DNA of 8,362 nucleotides from a virus (Duplodnaviria; Heunggongvirae; Uroviricota; Caudoviricetes): IMG/VR virus record IMGVR_UViG_2675903621_000020, positions 1 to 8,362 of that record; one strand, 5' to 3'. Shown piece by piece: positions 7,395 to 8,362 of this stretch (position 1 is its first letter; each line of letters starts with the position of its first letter). The notes under the pieces were generated by a model. It saw only the letters and a program-made list of their open reading frames with translations, ran no database searches and was not told where the DNA came from. The position numbers and the translations under genes were made by a program.

Positions 7395-7431
7395 GGGTTG
7401 TCACTTAAGCGTATGGTCAACCTGACAACCC
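7395..7431. repeat. 9-bp inverted repeat GGGTTGTCA-N19-TGACAACCC in the divergent intergenic region
   Basis: Perfect arms at 7395-7403 and 7423-7431. The spacer contains a CAACC direct repeat. Function unknown (operator or RNA hairpin). Confidence 0.55.
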
Positions 7432-7623
7432 GGTGCATTTTCTGGAGCAATGGAGGAAACCCCAGCCATACTTACCGCCGCGCCATTTCGCGGATTGCCA
7501 CAACCGGAAGCGCACGGTCGACGAAAATTTAACGATAGGCTATCTATGAACCAGCAACCTCGCCGTGTGCTTTCGTGTTGTGTGCCTGCTTTTTACCACG
7601 TCAGGCGAGGTGGTCCCCGTTAT

Positions 7624-7669
7624 TCCCCAACAACAAGGATCTTGTTAATCTGGATATCCCCAACAACAA
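7624..7669 (+). repeat. 13-bp direct repeat TCCCCAACAACAA (two copies, 33-bp period) immediately upstream of the Shine-Dalgarno/start of ORF 7684-8199
   Basis: Copies at 7624-7636 and 7657-7669. The second ends 1 nt before the AAGAG Shine-Dalgarno (7671-7675) of the GTG start at 7684. CAA-rich, so it may be a leader/regulatory element. Confidence 0.55.
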
Positions 7670-7683
7670 TAAGAGTATTGAAT

Positions 7684-8199
7684 GTGATCGCTGAATTAAC
7701 GGCAGCAATGACGGCTATTCGTGAAACCGCCCAGATTGCAAAACTAATGAACGAGGCAAAAACTCAAGCTGAAGTAAATGCGGCTATTGGTGAACTGAAC
7801 TCAAAGCTTGCATCTATTCAGCGCGAATGCGTGTCTCTCGTTGAGCTGGTGGGCACTTATCAAGAAATAAATGCTTCTCTCAAAGCTAAAATTGCAGAAT
7901 TTGAAAACTTTGAGGCTCAGACGGAAGGTTATATCCTTAGCCAACTTGAGTCGGGAACTTTTGTGTACTCGAAGGAGGTAACCGTGAACGGCGGCAGCAT
8001 AATCATGCATCTTTGTCCAAAATGTTTTGGACAAAAGATAGTATCGATACTTCAGCCATTCCCGGTTAGAGAATATGAATTTTTTCATAAAAGCAGGTGC
8101 CTGTACTGTGAAAATCAGTTTCTTATGAATAAAAATCCGGATTACGTATCGCCTCCATCTCTTGAAGAGTTGGCCAGAAAACTGAACGGCAATCTGTAG
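7684..8199 (+). CDS. Hypothetical protein (~171 aa): N-terminal coiled-coil-like helix region plus C-terminal CxxC-x24-CxxC zinc-ribbon-like motif
   Basis: Track ORF 7450-8199. Best start is GTG 7684 with AAGAG 8 nt upstream (alternative ATG 7708); the upstream 78 codons are P/R-rich, span the repeats and have no ribosome-binding site. N-terminal half is A/E/K/Q-rich with heptad-like periodicity; C-terminus has CPKC…CLYC. Stop TAG at 8197-8199. No homolog recognised. Confidence 0.6.
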   Translation: MIAELTAAMTAIRETAQIAKLMNEAKTQAEVNAAIGELNSKLASIQRECVSLVELVGTYQEINASLKAKIAEFENFEAQTEGYILSQLESGTFVYSKEVTVNGGSIIMHLCPKCFGQKIVSILQPFPVREYEFFHKSRCLYCENQFLMNKNPDYVSPPSLEELARKLNGNL

Positions 8200-8279
8200 A
8201 TTTTTACTGTTATGGATATCCAGATTGTTAAAGAGCATGCCGGATGCTTGCTTGTGTCCGGCGCGTGTGCACCACTCCC

Positions 8280-8362
8280 TGAACCGCCCCGGGAATCCTG
8301 GAGACTAAACTCCCTGAGAAAGAGGTAAACAGGATGACTAAAAATACACGTTTTTCCCCCGA
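8280..8362 (+). mobile_element. Left terminus of an IS3-family insertion sequence (IS629-like), continuing beyond the window end
   Basis: Begins TGAACCGCCCCGGGAATCCTGGAGACTAAACTCC, the inverted counterpart of the terminus at 1-61. Contains a ribosome-binding site and the start of the transposase OrfA. Same orientation as the left copy. Confidence 0.8.
8334..8362 (+). CDS. IS3-family transposase OrfA, N-terminal fragment (MTKNTRFSP…), partial at window end
   Basis: ATG at 8334 preceded by AAGAGG. The first nine residues MTKNTRFSP match the N-terminus I remember for IS629/IS1203 OrfA. Only 9 codons are in the window. Confidence 0.7.

Noticed and set aside
7450-7683. ATG-initiated N-terminal extension of the plus-strand ORF (track start 7450)
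   Set aside because: The extra 78 residues are Pro/Arg-rich, span the inverted and direct repeats, and have no ribosome-binding site. The GTG at 7684 has a well-spaced AAGAG. The region is treated as leader/regulatory DNA.
7801-8238. 145-aa minus-strand ORF
   Set aside because: It is antisense to the better-supported plus-strand ORF 7684-8199 and has an Arg/Lys/Phe-rich, low-complexity translation consistent with an AT-rich antisense frame.
1-8362. CRISPR array or other long tandem repeat
   Set aside because: No regularly spaced repeats of 20-40 bp with unique spacers are present. The only repeats are the short regulatory-scale ones already listed.

Overview
The window reads as an E. coli/Shigella-type chromosomal segment with three parts. 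(1) A backbone block on the minus strand: the 5' part of a yeeJ-like inverse-autotransporter adhesin gene, tRNA-Asn with a near-consensus promoter, and mtfA, followed by tRNA-Ser(CGA) on the plus strand. (2) The left end of a lambda-type prophage integrated beside tRNA-Ser: integrase, an overlapping excisionase, an 805-aa protein ending in a DnaQ-like (DEDDh) 3'-5' exonuclease domain, two small coupled ORFs, and a divergently transcribed coiled-coil/zinc-ribbon ORF across a repeat-rich 540-bp intergenic region. (3) Both window edges are termini of IS3-family (IS629-like) elements in the same orientation; the left copy truncates yeeJ, which also carries an in-frame amber codon. The best candidate for something undescribed is the 4259-8199 module (exonuclease-domain protein, two small ORFs, divergent Zn-ribbon protein and the structured switch region between them). 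An ordinary lambdoid early-left region is the more conservative reading, and nothing here could be checked against a database.
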